From Bacillota bacterium (GTDB taxonomy: Bacteria > Bacillota > Limnochordia > Darwinibacteriales > Darwinibacteriaceae), in contig JAAYMM010000002.1 of NCBI GenBank assembly GCA_012521335.1, positions 53,030-117,029 of the forward strand: a DNA stretch of 64,000 nucleotides, read 5' to 3'. Within the stretch, counting starts at the first letter, position 1, and each line of letters begins with the position of its first letter. The translations under genes were made by a program, and so were the position numbers. A model generated the notes under the pieces. That model was given only the letters and a program-made list of their open reading frames with translations. It did not search any database and was not told the origin of the DNA. Below are positions 28,948 to 39,403 of this stretch, piece after piece.

Positions 28948-29721
28948 TTGATCTCCGTTGTTGATTTCGTCCGCTTCTCCCTAAGTTTTATCCGCTTGTC
29001 CGCGTTTTTCGCGGCGGCGCCCCTGTTCAGCATGCGCAGCGTGCCTGTACAAGTTAAGCTGGGCTTTTCCGCGCTCTGTGCGCTGATTGTGCTGCCGCCG
29101 ATCAACCCCCAGTGGGATCTAGAGTCCTGGTTGGTGCTGGCGGGGTTGGCACTGCATGAAGTTGTTGTGGGGTTGCTGTTGGCCTGGGTGGTGGTTTTGG
29201 TTTTCGCCATCATGACTTTCGCTGGGCATTTCGTGGACGTGCCTCTGGGCTTTGGCATGGCCTCCGTTTTTGACCCAGCCTTGGGAGGACAGGTTCCGGT
29301 TTTCTCCCAGTTCTACTACATTGTGGCCGCCCTCATTTTCCTAGGCCTAAATGCGCACTTGTGGGTAATCCAGGCTGTACAGCAGTCTTTCGCTGTGGTG
29401 CCCTTTGGCGTCGGTCTGCAGCTGGAGCCTACATTTGCCCTGCTCATCAGTTTGACGACCCAGATGTTTGTGATCGGCCTTAAGCTGGCCCTACCTGTTA
29501 TGGCCACGATTTTGCTTACAGACATCGCTTTAGCCATCGTGATCCGGGCTGTTCCCCAGATCAACGTGTTTGTTCTAGGCTTTCCCATCAAAATCATGGT
29601 GGGCTTGGCGGTAGTGCTCTTTTCCATCCCCGCCGCAGTATACCTCATCACCCAGCTGTTCAGCGTGGATGGAGTTCTCTTTCGTTACCTACACGAACTG
29701 CTGGCCCTAGGGGGGAGTTAG
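28948..29721 (+). CDS. fliR: Flagellar export apparatus protein FliR
   Basis: 257 aa polytopic membrane protein in the expected position. Confidence 0.8.
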   Translation: MISVVDFVRFSLSFIRLSAFFAAAPLFSMRSVPVQVKLGFSALCALIVLPPINPQWDLESWLVLAGLALHEVVVGLLLAWVVVLVFAIMTFAGHFVDVPLGFGMASVFDPALGGQVPVFSQFYYIVAALIFLGLNAHLWVIQAVQQSFAVVPFGVGLQLEPTFALLISLTTQMFVIGLKLALPVMATILLTDIALAIVIRAVPQINVFVLGFPIKIMVGLAVVLFSIPAAVYLITQLFSVDGVLFRYLHELLALGGS

Positions 29722-30807
29722 GTGGCAGAGTTTAGGTTTGACCTGCAGCTCTTTGCCGGTGAAAAGACCGAGCCTGCCACACCGCGGCGGCGGGAGGAAG
29801 CGCGCAAGAAGGGGCAAGTGGCTAAAAGCGCGGAGGTTCCCACCGCCCTGATGATCTTGACGGGGTTTTTTCTGCTCAGAGCCCTGGGGCCTTATGCGGC
29901 TAGGCATCTCTTGGAAACAGTCCGCTTTTTCCTAGCTAATTTGGCCGAGTGGCAAGGCGACCTGCCGGGATTGGGCAGCATGCTTCTAGCGGCCCTGATC
30001 AAGCTGGGCCTAATCGCCGCCCCGATCCTGGGTGCTTTCTTGGTGGTGTCCCTAGTGAGCCAGGTGGTTCAGGTGGGTTTTATGGCTTCAACTGAAGTAC
30101 TGCAGCCCAAATTTTCCCGCATCAACCCCGTTGAGGGCTTCCGGCGCATTTTTTCCAAGCGGGCTTTGGTGGAACTGCTCAAATCCGCAGCCAAAATTGC
30201 CCTGGTAGGCTATCTCGTCTACACACAAGTCCGGGACAACTTGGAATGGCTGCGCCATGCTGGGTTGATGGATCTGGAGCAGAGTATTGCCCTGATCACC
30301 GATGGTATCTACCGTCTCGGGCTGCAGGTGGGCCTGTTCCTGCTGATTCTGGCGGCAGCCGACTACTGGTGGCAGAGACGGGAGTTTGAAAGCAGCATCC
30401 GCATGTCCAAGGACGAGATCAAGGAGGAGCTCAAGCAAACGGAAGGCGATCCCCTGATCCGTTCCCGTATCCGCCAGCGCCAGCGTCAGATGGCTGCCCA
30501 GCGGATGATGCAGGCGGTTCCCACCGCGGATGTGATTGTGACCAACCCTACGCACTATGCTGTGGCCATCAAGTACACTCCGGGGGAGATGGATGCGCCC
30601 AAGGTAGTGGCCAAGGGCCAAGGCTTAATTGCCCAGCGGATCAAGGAAGAAGGACAGAAACATCGTATTACTACAATACAGAACCCGGAACTAGCCCGGG
30701 CGCTGTATGATACCACCGAAGTGGGGCAGGAGATTCCGGCACACCTCTATCCTGCTGTGGCAGAAGTATTGGCCTTTGTGTACCGTTTGCGCCGGAAAAC
30801 GGTTTGA
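29722..30807 (+). CDS. flhB: Flagellar export apparatus protein FlhB
   Basis: 'AEFRFDLQLFAGEKTEPATPRRREEARKKGQVAKS' N-terminus and NPTH autocleavage motif 'IVTNPTHYAVAIKY'. Confidence 0.9.
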   Translation: MAEFRFDLQLFAGEKTEPATPRRREEARKKGQVAKSAEVPTALMILTGFFLLRALGPYAARHLLETVRFFLANLAEWQGDLPGLGSMLLAALIKLGLIAAPILGAFLVVSLVSQVVQVGFMASTEVLQPKFSRINPVEGFRRIFSKRALVELLKSAAKIALVGYLVYTQVRDNLEWLRHAGLMDLEQSIALITDGIYRLGLQVGLFLLILAAADYWWQRREFESSIRMSKDEIKEELKQTEGDPLIRSRIRQRQRQMAAQRMMQAVPTADVIVTNPTHYAVAIKYTPGEMDAPKVVAKGQGLIAQRIKEEGQKHRITTIQNPELARALYDTTEVGQEIPAHLYPAVAEVLAFVYRLRRKTV

Positions 30808-30823
30808 ATGTAGGGCATGAAGG

Positions 30824-32890
30824 ATGGTGGACATGGCCAAATCGAGTCTTTCAATTAACCAGAACGTGGGACGCATCAGCGATTTATTCGTGATCCTGGC
30901 CGTGGTGCTCATCGTGGTCATGATGGTGCTGCCCCTGCCGCCCTTCCTGTTAGACCTGCTCTTAGCCATCAACATCAGTCTGTCCCTGTTGATTCTGCTC
31001 ATCGCCATGAACATCCGTGAAGCCCTGGAGATTTCGGTGTTTCCTTCTCTGCTTTTGATTACCACTCTGTTCCGGCTGGCCTTGAGCGTCTCTTCCACCA
31101 GGCTTATTCTACTCACGGCCAATCCGGGCCGAATTATCATTGCCTTCGGCGATTTCGTAGTCGGCGGCAACTACGTAGTTGGCTTTGTGATCTTCTTGAT
31201 TTTGGTTGTGGTGCAGTTTATTGTAATCACCAAAGGCTCGGAGAGGGTGGCAGAAGTAGCTGCCCGCTTCACCTTGGACGCCATGCCCGGTAAGCAGATG
31301 AGTATCGATGCCGATCTGAACTCGGGGCTGATCACCGAGACAGAGGCCAGGCAGCGCCGCCAGCTGATCGCCAGGGAAGCTGACTTCTACGGGGCCATGG
31401 ACGGTGCCGCCAAGTTCGTGAAAGGAGATGCCATCGCCGGTATTATCATCCTGGTCATCGACCTTTTGGGCGGTTTGGCTGTGGGAATGCTGCAGAAAGG
31501 GATGGACTTTTCCACCGCTCTCAGCCGTTTTGCACTCCTTACGGTCGGTGATGGCCTAGTGAGCCAGATCCCAGCACTCTTGATCTCCACAGCCACAGGC
31601 ATTGTGGTCACCAGAGGAGCGTCTGAGAACAACCTGGGCTCCGACGTGACTACCCAGCTTTTCTCCCACTACAGAATTCTCAGCACTACAGCGGTGGTGG
31701 TTGCTGTCTTCGGCCTCATTGGGGGTCTGCCCAAGCTGCCTTTCTTAATCTTAGCCGGCGCCCTGGGGTCCCTGTCCTTTGCCCTGCGCCGGGCCGAGAA
31801 AGGCCAAGAAGTGGAAGAGGAAACTGTGCTGGAGCAGCAGCGCCTCGAAGAAGCCCGCAAACCAGAAAGCGTGGTTTCCCTGCTGCAGGTGGATCCCATC
31901 GAGATGGAAATCGGCTACAGCTTGATTCCCCTGGTGGATGAGTCCCAGGGAGGGGATCTTCTTGACCGCATCAGCATGATCCGCCGGCAGTGCGCGATTG
32001 AACTGGGTATCCTGGTGCCCGTCATCCGGATCAGAGACAACCTCCAGCTTAACCCCGATCAGTACGTGGTGAAGATTAAAGGAATCCAAGTGGGCCATGG
32101 AGAACTTATGGTTAATCACTACCTGGCCATGGATGCTGGTGGGGTAACCGAAGAAGTGAGCGGCATACCCACAACGGAACCTGCCTTTGGTCTGCGGGCC
32201 CTCTGGGTGGATGCCGCCACCCGGGAGCGTGCTGAGTATGCCGGTTACACCGTGGTAGATCCGCCCGCAGTGCTGGCCACTCACCTCACTGAGATCATCC
32301 GCACCCATGCCCATGAGCTCCTGGGGCGCCAAGAGGTGAAGACCCTGCTGGATGGAGCCCGGGAGAACTACTCTGCCGTGGTCGACGAACTGGTGCCTGA
32401 ACTCTTGACGGTGGGCGAGGTCCAAAAAGTGCTGCAGAATCTGCTGCGGGAAGGGGTACCCATCCGCAATTTGGTGACCATCTTGGAGACGCTGGCCGAC
32501 ATGGCACCGGTGACCCGGGATGTGGACTACTTAACTGAATTTGTGCGAGAGGCCCTTGGCAGGCAGATCTCGCAGATGTACCAGGAAAACGGTGTGCTCA
32601 CCGTCTTGACCTTAAGCCCGGCCTGGGAAGAAGTGATCGCCGACTCCATCGAGCATACGGACCGCGGGCTTGCCGTGGCTCTCGATCCGCGAATGCTGCA
32701 GGAGCTCTATAGTGCACTGGGCCAAGCGTTGGAGGAGCACATCATGCCTTACCCGTTAGTCCTAGTTTCGCCCCAGATCAGGATGGCGCTGAAGAGGCTG
32801 ACCGAACGGGCTATCCCACGCCTGATCGTGCTGTCTTACAACGAAATCAGCCCGGATGTCCAGGTGAATGCGGTGGGGACGGTGAAGTGA
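30824..32890 (+). CDS. flhA: Flagellar export apparatus protein FlhA
   Basis: 688 aa; FHIPEP motifs 'IVITKGSERVAEVAARFTLDAMPGKQMSIDADLN'. Confidence 0.9.
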   Translation: MVDMAKSSLSINQNVGRISDLFVILAVVLIVVMMVLPLPPFLLDLLLAINISLSLLILLIAMNIREALEISVFPSLLLITTLFRLALSVSSTRLILLTANPGRIIIAFGDFVVGGNYVVGFVIFLILVVVQFIVITKGSERVAEVAARFTLDAMPGKQMSIDADLNSGLITETEARQRRQLIAREADFYGAMDGAAKFVKGDAIAGIIILVIDLLGGLAVGMLQKGMDFSTALSRFALLTVGDGLVSQIPALLISTATGIVVTRGASENNLGSDVTTQLFSHYRILSTTAVVVAVFGLIGGLPKLPFLILAGALGSLSFALRRAEKGQEVEEETVLEQQRLEEARKPESVVSLLQVDPIEMEIGYSLIPLVDESQGGDLLDRISMIRRQCAIELGILVPVIRIRDNLQLNPDQYVVKIKGIQVGHGELMVNHYLAMDAGGVTEEVSGIPTTEPAFGLRALWVDAATRERAEYAGYTVVDPPAVLATHLTEIIRTHAHELLGRQEVKTLLDGARENYSAVVDELVPELLTVGEVQKVLQNLLREGVPIRNLVTILETLADMAPVTRDVDYLTEFVREALGRQISQMYQENGVLTVLTLSPAWEEVIADSIEHTDRGLAVALDPRMLQELYSALGQALEEHIMPYPLVLVSPQIRMALKRLTERAIPRLIVLSYNEISPDVQVNAVGTVK

Positions 32891-32894
32891 ACGC

Positions 32895-33983
32895 ATGAGG
32901 GTTAAGAAATTTACAGGAAAGACGATACAAGAAGCAGTAGAGAACTTACGGGACGAGTTTGGGCCCGATGCGGTCATCCTGCATACGACACAGAAGAGGG
33001 CTTGGTTGTGGGGAAGGCTTGGACCAAAGCGCTACGAGGTGCTGGGGGCCTTTGACCTCAGCTACCAAGCGTCCCGGGGCAAGAACAGGAGGCCCGCGGG
33101 GACAAGAACTGCCACCCAACCCTATGCGCCGTCCACTGCGCCGTATAGCCTCAAGGGTGGCCAGGCCTCAACGCCTGCCGACGGCCGTTTGGACCCTGCT
33201 TGGTCTGAGGCAGTGCAGAGCATTTACAGTAGACTGATCAAGGTTGATATTCCCAGGGATCTGGCTGCGCAGCTGATCAGGGAGGTTCTGGGCCAGGCTG
33301 CGAAAGAAGAGTGGAACAATGAAGCGAAGCTGTGGGCTGAGCTGACCAAACTTATCGCCAGCCGCATCAAAACAGCACTGCCCTGGGAATTTGACGCTGA
33401 ACAGAAGGTTGTGGTGTTGATCGGTCCCACCGGGGTGGGTAAGACCACAACCATTGCCAAACTTGCGGCCAACTTTTCGCTGGTTGCCGGCCGCAAAGTC
33501 GGGTTGATCACCGTTGATACCTACCGCATTGCCGCGGTGGAACAGCTCAAGACCTATGCGGAGATTATTGGCCTGCCTCTGCATGTGGCTTACAGTCCGA
33601 AAGAACTGAAGGAGGGTATCGCCAAGCTCAAAGACAGAGATCTCATCCTCATTGACACAGCTGGCCGGAGCCAGAACAACCACATTCAGATTGCGGAGCT
33701 GAGGAATTTCTTCGAGGGTGTTGAAGCGGAAATGCATTTGGTGATCAGTGCCACGACCAAACCACGGGACGTGGACGAGATCATATCGGTTTTTGGGCAA
33801 TTGCCGATTGATCGGGTGATCATCACCAAATTAGACGAGACAAGTGTCTATGGAGTCCTACTCCACACTTGTGAAAGGGCCCAAGTGCCCATTGCCTTCG
33901 TTACCACGGGACAGGGGGTACCAGAGGATATCGAAGTAGCGGATGGCGAGAGAATTGCCCAACTTATTCTGGGGGACGCATAA
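32895..33983 (+). CDS. flhF: Flagellar biosynthesis GTPase FlhF (SRP-type)
   Basis: 'MRVKKFTGKTIQEAVENLRDEFGPDAVIL' N-terminus; SRP-GTPase '[15 protein letters not shown]', 'DTAGR'. Confidence 0.9.
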   Translation: MRVKKFTGKTIQEAVENLRDEFGPDAVILHTTQKRAWLWGRLGPKRYEVLGAFDLSYQASRGKNRRPAGTRTATQPYAPSTAPYSLKGGQASTPADGRLDPAWSEAVQSIYSRLIKVDIPRDLAAQLIREVLGQAAKEEWNNEAKLWAELTKLIASRIKTALPWEFDAEQKVVVLIGPTGVGKTTTIAKLAANFSLVAGRKVGLITVDTYRIAAVEQLKTYAEIIGLPLHVAYSPKELKEGIAKLKDRDLILIDTAGRSQNNHIQIAELRNFFEGVEAEMHLVISATTKPRDVDEIISVFGQLPIDRVIITKLDETSVYGVLLHTCERAQVPIAFVTTGQGVPEDIEVADGERIAQLILGDA

Positions 33984-33985
33984 CA

Positions 33986-34840
33986 ATGAGAGATCAAGCG
34001 GCAGACTTGAGAAGTCTGGTTGCACAAAAGGAACCCAGCTCTCGAATCATCGCTGTGACCAGTGGCAAAGGCGGGGTTGGGAAGACTAATCTGGCTGTCA
34101 ACTTGGCACTGGCCTTGTGTCAGATGGACTACCGAGTAGTTCTGATTGACGTGGATTTGGGCCTGGCCAACGTGGACATCGTCTTAGGTATTACTCCCAA
34201 ATACAATTTGGGGCATGTGATCAACGGAGAAAAGACACTGCGGGATATCATAGTGGAAGGCCCCTTAGGCCTGAAGATTATCTCGGGAGGTTCTGGGATC
34301 ACCGAACTGGCCAACCTCAACGGTTACCGTTTAGAGGCCTTTGTGGCATCTTTCGAGCAGCTGAACCAAGAGTTTGACTTTGTGATCCTGGACACGGGCG
34401 CAGGAGTGCACCGCTCTGTGATCAGCTTTGTGCTTGCTGCCACGGACGTAATCGTAGTTACTACTCCCGAACCCACGGCGATCACCGATGCCTACGGCCT
34501 GCTGAAGATCATCCATCAGCGGGCGCCGCACTCTAGGGTACGCCTGGTGGTTAACATGGCGAAAAGCCCGGCCGAGGCTGAGATGGTCGCTGCCAGGCTC
34601 AACTCGGTTTTGCGGGAGTTTGTCCAGTGGGAAGTGGATTATACAGGGTACATCCTTACCGAATCGCAAGTGGCGCGGGCTATTGCCGAGCAGCAGCCCT
34701 TTTTGCTGTCTTTCCCCTCTTCTATGGCCAGCCGGTCCGTCAAGAGGATCGCCGGAGTATTGGCCGGAGAGTCTGCCCCCAGCCAGCCTTTAGGTATTCG
34801 AGGCTTCTTTGCGAGAGTATCTGGACTGCTGCACTTTTAG
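33986..34840 (+). CDS. flhG: MinD-like ATPase FlhG (YlxH/FleN)
   Basis: Deviant Walker A 'SGKGGVGKTN'; position after flhF. Confidence 0.85.
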   Translation: MRDQAADLRSLVAQKEPSSRIIAVTSGKGGVGKTNLAVNLALALCQMDYRVVLIDVDLGLANVDIVLGITPKYNLGHVINGEKTLRDIIVEGPLGLKIISGGSGITELANLNGYRLEAFVASFEQLNQEFDFVILDTGAGVHRSVISFVLAATDVIVVTTPEPTAITDAYGLLKIIHQRAPHSRVRLVVNMAKSPAEAEMVAARLNSVLREFVQWEVDYTGYILTESQVARAIAEQQPFLLSFPSSMASRSVKRIAGVLAGESAPSQPLGIRGFFARVSGLLHF

Positions 34841-34852
34841 AGAGGGAATGAT

Positions 34853-35503
34853 ATGCAGGTCGTACCAAATCAACTAGTAGAGCTACACCTAGAAGGACCT
34901 GGAGGGCCACAGGTTTATCGCACCAGGGTGGAAGATGTCTACGATGACATTGTGGTGGTAGGGGCCCCGTTGGAGCAGGGGGCGGTTGTCCCCATCCGCA
35001 TCGGCACAGAGCTGCGCATTGAGTTCAAACTGCGTGGGCCCGGCCAAGAAGGGCGCTTCAGCAATAGAGCCATAGTAGAAAAGCGTTTCCGCACGACCAT
35101 CCCCCTTCTGCAGATGAGGCTGTTGGGGCAGTGGGAGAAGACCCAAGAGCGCATGTTTGTGCGGGTTCCCGTGCACCTCGATGCAGTGGTGGTTCCCCTT
35201 ACGGAAGGGGGAGAGGAGCTCCCAGCTGAACCAGGACTGATCCGTAACTTAAGTGGGGGCGGTTTTCTGCTCCGCTCGACACGGGCTTTTGAGCTTGATG
35301 AGGAAATGCGCATCAGCTTTCGCGTGGGAACAGAGCAGATCATGGCCAAGGCCTATGTGGCGCGGTTTGTGCCTACGGATGAGGGACACGACTTCGGCTG
35401 CGGCTTTCTGGAGATCGCGGAAAACATGCGCAAAGCCGTCATTCGGTTCGTGTTCAGGCGCCAGATCGAGCTGGCGGAGATTACCCGGGAGGATATCACC
35501 TAA
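34853..35503 (+). CDS. PilZ-domain protein (YcgR-like flagellar brake candidate)
   Basis: 216 aa; PilZ c-di-GMP binding motifs RxxxR ('RMFVR') and D/NxSxGG ('NLSGGG'); located between flhG and fliA. Confidence 0.65.
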   Translation: MQVVPNQLVELHLEGPGGPQVYRTRVEDVYDDIVVVGAPLEQGAVVPIRIGTELRIEFKLRGPGQEGRFSNRAIVEKRFRTTIPLLQMRLLGQWEKTQERMFVRVPVHLDAVVVPLTEGGEELPAEPGLIRNLSGGGFLLRSTRAFELDEEMRISFRVGTEQIMAKAYVARFVPTDEGHDFGCGFLEIAENMRKAVIRFVFRRQIELAEITREDIT

Positions 35504-35527
35504 CTCATTCCCCATGGGGTGAAGAAT

Positions 35528-36289
35528 ATGTCTTTGCACAAGGAGCAGAATCGCATCGAAGAACTATGGCGCCGCTACAAGAAAAGCAATGATGCTCAGG
35601 CACGGGACGAGTTGATCGAAGAATACATACCCTTGGTTAAGTTTGTGGCTGGCCGGCTGGCCATGAACCTACCCAGCAGCGTAGAAGTGGGTGACCTTGA
35701 GAGTTTCGGCTTTTTCGGCCTCTTGGACGCACTGGAGAAGTTCGATGCGGACCGCAACACCAAGTTCGAAACCTATGCCACCACGCGTATCCGGGGTGCC
35801 ATCATCGATGGGCTGCGGTCTTTGGATTGGGTTCCCCGCAGCACCCGCTCCAAAGCGCGGTTGGTGGAAAGCCAAATCTACGAACTCACCAATGATCTAG
35901 GCCGCACGCCCACAAATGAAGAGGTGGCTCAAGCCTTAGGCCTCAGCCTAGATGAGTATTACGGCCTATTGTCAGAGCTCAAGGGAGCTAACCTCTTTTC
36001 GCTGGATGAAGCGGCAGCCAGCGAGCAGGCGGGAGACAACCTGAAGATTCTGGATTTGGTTGTGGACCAGGGACTCCTGCCGGACCAGCAGATCTTGGAA
36101 AAGGAAAGCGTGGAGGAACTAGCGGCAGCCATCGAGGCGTTGTCTGAGAGGGAGCAGCTGGTTTTGGCGCTTTATTATCACGAGGATTTGACTTTGAAGG
36201 AAATTGGCCATGTACTGCAGGTTTCCGAGTCCCGAGTATCCCAGATTCACACTAAGGCCATTATGACCTTACGAAGTCGGCTCAGCTAA
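35528..36289 (+). CDS. fliA: Flagellar sigma factor FliA/SigD (sigma-28)
   Basis: Sigma-70 regions 2/3/4 ('IEEYIPLVKFVAGRL', 'TLKEIGHVLQVSESRVSQIHTKA'); ~254 aa; last regulatory gene of the fla operon. Confidence 0.9.
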   Translation: MSLHKEQNRIEELWRRYKKSNDAQARDELIEEYIPLVKFVAGRLAMNLPSSVEVGDLESFGFFGLLDALEKFDADRNTKFETYATTRIRGAIIDGLRSLDWVPRSTRSKARLVESQIYELTNDLGRTPTNEEVAQALGLSLDEYYGLLSELKGANLFSLDEAAASEQAGDNLKILDLVVDQGLLPDQQILEKESVEELAAAIEALSEREQLVLALYYHEDLTLKEIGHVLQVSESRVSQIHTKAIMTLRSRLS

Positions 36290-36306
36290 GAGCGGAGGGA
36301 AGGGTC

Positions 36307-36573
36307 ATGTCCATCAGGTTTCCCGATTTCCAAATTCTAGTTTCCAGGTCCGATCAGGTGCCAAAGGTTGTGCGCGAGGGTGACCCCACCGGCGCAGCTG
36401 GCCGCCTGGCTCCCCAGGTAAGCGAAGAGTTTGCCGCCCGGGAAAGGCGTGTGGAACTGAACCGGGAAAAGGAGCGCATCCGGGACCGCAAAGATGAGCG
36501 GAGGGGCCGGCAAGAACAGCAAGGAGCCTCCAAGCGGCCGGGGGCGAGACGGCGGATCGATCTGCGCGCCTAG
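36307..36573 (+). CDS. Hypothetical small basic protein (Arg/Glu-rich C-terminus) downstream of fliA
   Basis: 88 aa ORF with strong GGAGGGAAGGG RBS and ATG; no recognised family. Confidence 0.5.
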   Translation: MSIRFPDFQILVSRSDQVPKVVREGDPTGAAGRLAPQVSEEFAARERRVELNREKERIRDRKDERRGRQEQQGASKRPGARRRIDLRA

Positions 36574-36585
36574 GGAGTTGGTCAG

Positions 36586-36978
36586 GTGGAGTTCTTCCTT
36601 GTGTTCACTTTAGGGATAGCCGTGGCAGTACTGGGCCTGTTTCTGCTCAGGCCCGGTCTTTTTACGCGTCCAAACACGGACTTTTCTGTGCTGGAAGTGA
36701 TGGTGGAGGAAGCCTTGGAACAGCTGGAGCAAAGGCAGGCCGAAATCCTCGCGGAGATCGAGGAGCAGCACAACGCGCTGTTGGAGCTGCAGAAGCAGAT
36801 TCTCAGCAGCTTTTTCCCGGAACCGCAGCAGTCTCCCAAGGTACTGGCTGTACTGGAGCTGGCCTCGCAGGGCAAGGATGTGGAGCAGATCGCCAAAAAG
36901 CTCGGGTTGGGAGTTGGGGAAGTAGAGCTCATCTTGGAGCTAAATAAAGACAGCGAACCCCTTGCTGAAAGCACTTGA
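36586..36978 (+). CDS. Hypothetical membrane-anchored coiled-coil protein with a C-terminal HTH-like segment (SwrB-position analogue?)
   Basis: 130 aa; N-terminal TM, coiled coil, 'DVEQIAKKLGLGVGEVELILELN'; GTG start after GGGAG. Confidence 0.5.
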   Translation: MEFFLVFTLGIAVAVLGLFLLRPGLFTRPNTDFSVLEVMVEEALEQLEQRQAEILAEIEEQHNALLELQKQILSSFFPEPQQSPKVLAVLELASQGKDVEQIAKKLGLGVGEVELILELNKDSEPLAEST

Positions 36979-36990
36979 GTGTGTTATATT
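36962..36990 (+). promoter_or_regulatory. Sigma-A promoter with extended -10 (TTGCTG-N17-TGtTATATT) for rpsB-tsf
   Basis: Hexamers and 17-nt spacer read directly; ~110-nt leader follows with a GGGAGATAAGG/CCTTATCCC hairpin (37024-37052). Confidence 0.5.
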
Positions 36991-37099
36991 AGCAAGTGGT
37001 GTGATTACACACGCTTCTGGATGGGAGATAAGGGTGCCGTTAAGGTCTTATCCCTAGATGAAGGGGGCGGAGGAAAAACAAAGGAAGGAGGTGGACGAA

Positions 37100-37879
37100 A
37101 TGGCCGTAATTACCATGAAGCAACTGCTGGAGGCCGGCGTTCACTTCGGTCATCAGACCCGCAGATGGAATCCTAAGATGAAGCCGTACATCTTCACTGA
37201 AAGAAACGGGATTTACATCATTGACCTGCAGAAAACGGTCAAGAAAGTGGAGGAAGCCTATTCCTTCATTCGGGAAACGGTGGCCGCAGGCAAATCGGTG
37301 CTCTTCGTAGGCACGAAGAAGCAAGCTCAGGAAACCATCCGGGAAGAGGCAGAGCGGTGCGGCATGTTCTACGTCAACCAGCGCTGGCTGGGCGGTATGC
37401 TCACCAACTTCAAGACCATTTCCTCGCGGATTGGGCGCCTGGAGCAGATCGAGAAGATGGAAGCCGATGGCGTGTTTGACGTTCTGCCGAAGAAGGAAGT
37501 TACGCAGCTGAAGAAGGAAAAAGAGCGCTTAACTCGCTTCCTAGGCGGTATTCGGAACATGAAAACCCTGCCGGGCGCGGTATTTGTGGTTGATCCCCGC
37601 AAAGAGCGCATTGCTGTGGCAGAAGCACGCAAGCTTGGTATTCCCATCGTGGCGATCGTAGATACAAACTGCGATCCTGATGAAATTGACTATGTCATCC
37701 CTGGTAACGATGACGCCATCCGAGCTGTGAAGCTCCTGACTTCCACCATCGCTAGCGCTGTGGTCGAAGCCAGAGAGGGAGCCAGCTTCGCCGAAGCTCA
37801 GGAAGAGCAGGCTACCGAAGCTGAAGCAGAAACGGAACTCGCTGAAGAAGATACAGATCTGTACGACGAGGAAGAATAA
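37100..37879 (+). CDS. rpsB: 30S ribosomal protein S2
   Basis: '[22 protein letters not shown]' N-terminus; acidic C-terminal tail; GGAGGTG RBS. Confidence 0.95.
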   Translation: MAVITMKQLLEAGVHFGHQTRRWNPKMKPYIFTERNGIYIIDLQKTVKKVEEAYSFIRETVAAGKSVLFVGTKKQAQETIREEAERCGMFYVNQRWLGGMLTNFKTISSRIGRLEQIEKMEADGVFDVLPKKEVTQLKKEKERLTRFLGGIRNMKTLPGAVFVVDPRKERIAVAEARKLGIPIVAIVDTNCDPDEIDYVIPGNDDAIRAVKLLTSTIASAVVEAREGASFAEAQEEQATEAEAETELAEEDTDLYDEEE

Positions 37880-37946
37880 CAGCGGCCAAGAGGGTGGGAG
37901 GATTACTCTCACCCCTCTTTTCAATCGAATCAAAAGGAGGGTTACT

Positions 37947-38606
37947 ATGGCGGAGATTACAACAGCCATGGTCAAGGAGTTGCGCGAGAAGACAGGTGCA
38001 GGCATGATGGACTGCAAAAAAGCTCTCCTTGAGACCAATGGAGATATGGACGCGGCCATCGACTACCTGCGGGAAAAAGGTTTGGCTGCAGCAGCTAAGA
38101 AGGCTGGACGCATTGCTGCTGAAGGCCTGGTCACGTCCTACATACACATGGGCGGGCGCATCGGTGTCTTGGTAGAAGTCAACTGTGAGACTGACTTCGT
38201 GGCTAAGACGGAGGAGTTCTCCCAACTGGCCAAAGACATCGCCATGCACATTGCAGCCAGCAAACCCGAGTATGTCTCCAGGGAGGATGTGCCGGAGTCG
38301 GTTCTGGAACATGAGCGGTCCATTTACCGAGCCATGGCCCTGAACGAAGGCAAGCCGGAACGGATCATTGACAAGATCGTCGAAGGCCGCTTGGAAAAAT
38401 ACTTCCAAGAAGTCTGCCTCCTAGAGCAGCCTTTCGTGAAGGATCCAGACATGACCGTTGGTGAGCTTCTCAATGAGAAAATCGCCAAAATCGGTGAAAA
38501 GATCTCGGTCAGGCGTTTTGTGCGCTATGAGCGCGGCGAAGGTTTGGAGAAACGTCAGGACGATTTCGCCGCAGAGGTTATGGCACAAGCCCAGATGGGG
38601 CAGTAG
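37947..38606 (+). CDS. tsf: Elongation factor Ts
   Basis: '[42 protein letters not shown]' UBA-like N-terminus; 219 aa. Confidence 0.95.
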   Translation: MAEITTAMVKELREKTGAGMMDCKKALLETNGDMDAAIDYLREKGLAAAAKKAGRIAAEGLVTSYIHMGGRIGVLVEVNCETDFVAKTEEFSQLAKDIAMHIAASKPEYVSREDVPESVLEHERSIYRAMALNEGKPERIIDKIVEGRLEKYFQEVCLLEQPFVKDPDMTVGELLNEKIAKIGEKISVRRFVRYERGEGLEKRQDDFAAEVMAQAQMGQ

Positions 38607-38636
38607 GAGGACACCATTGGTGTTCTCCTTTTTTTC
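38606..38636 (+). terminator. Rho-independent terminator after tsf
   Basis: GGAGGACACC-att-GGTGTTCTCC followed by TTTTTTT. Confidence 0.75.
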
Positions 38637-38670
38637 TGGAGGGATCTGTCGCTTTGAGCAGAATAATTAA

Positions 38671-39402
<732 letters not shown>

Positions 39403-39403
39403 G

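Noticed and set aside
36307-36573. 88-aa protein after fliA as FlgM anti-sigma-28
   Set aside because: Size fits, but the sequence shows none of the FlgM C-terminal sigma-binding helix pattern and is dominated by an R/E-rich tail.
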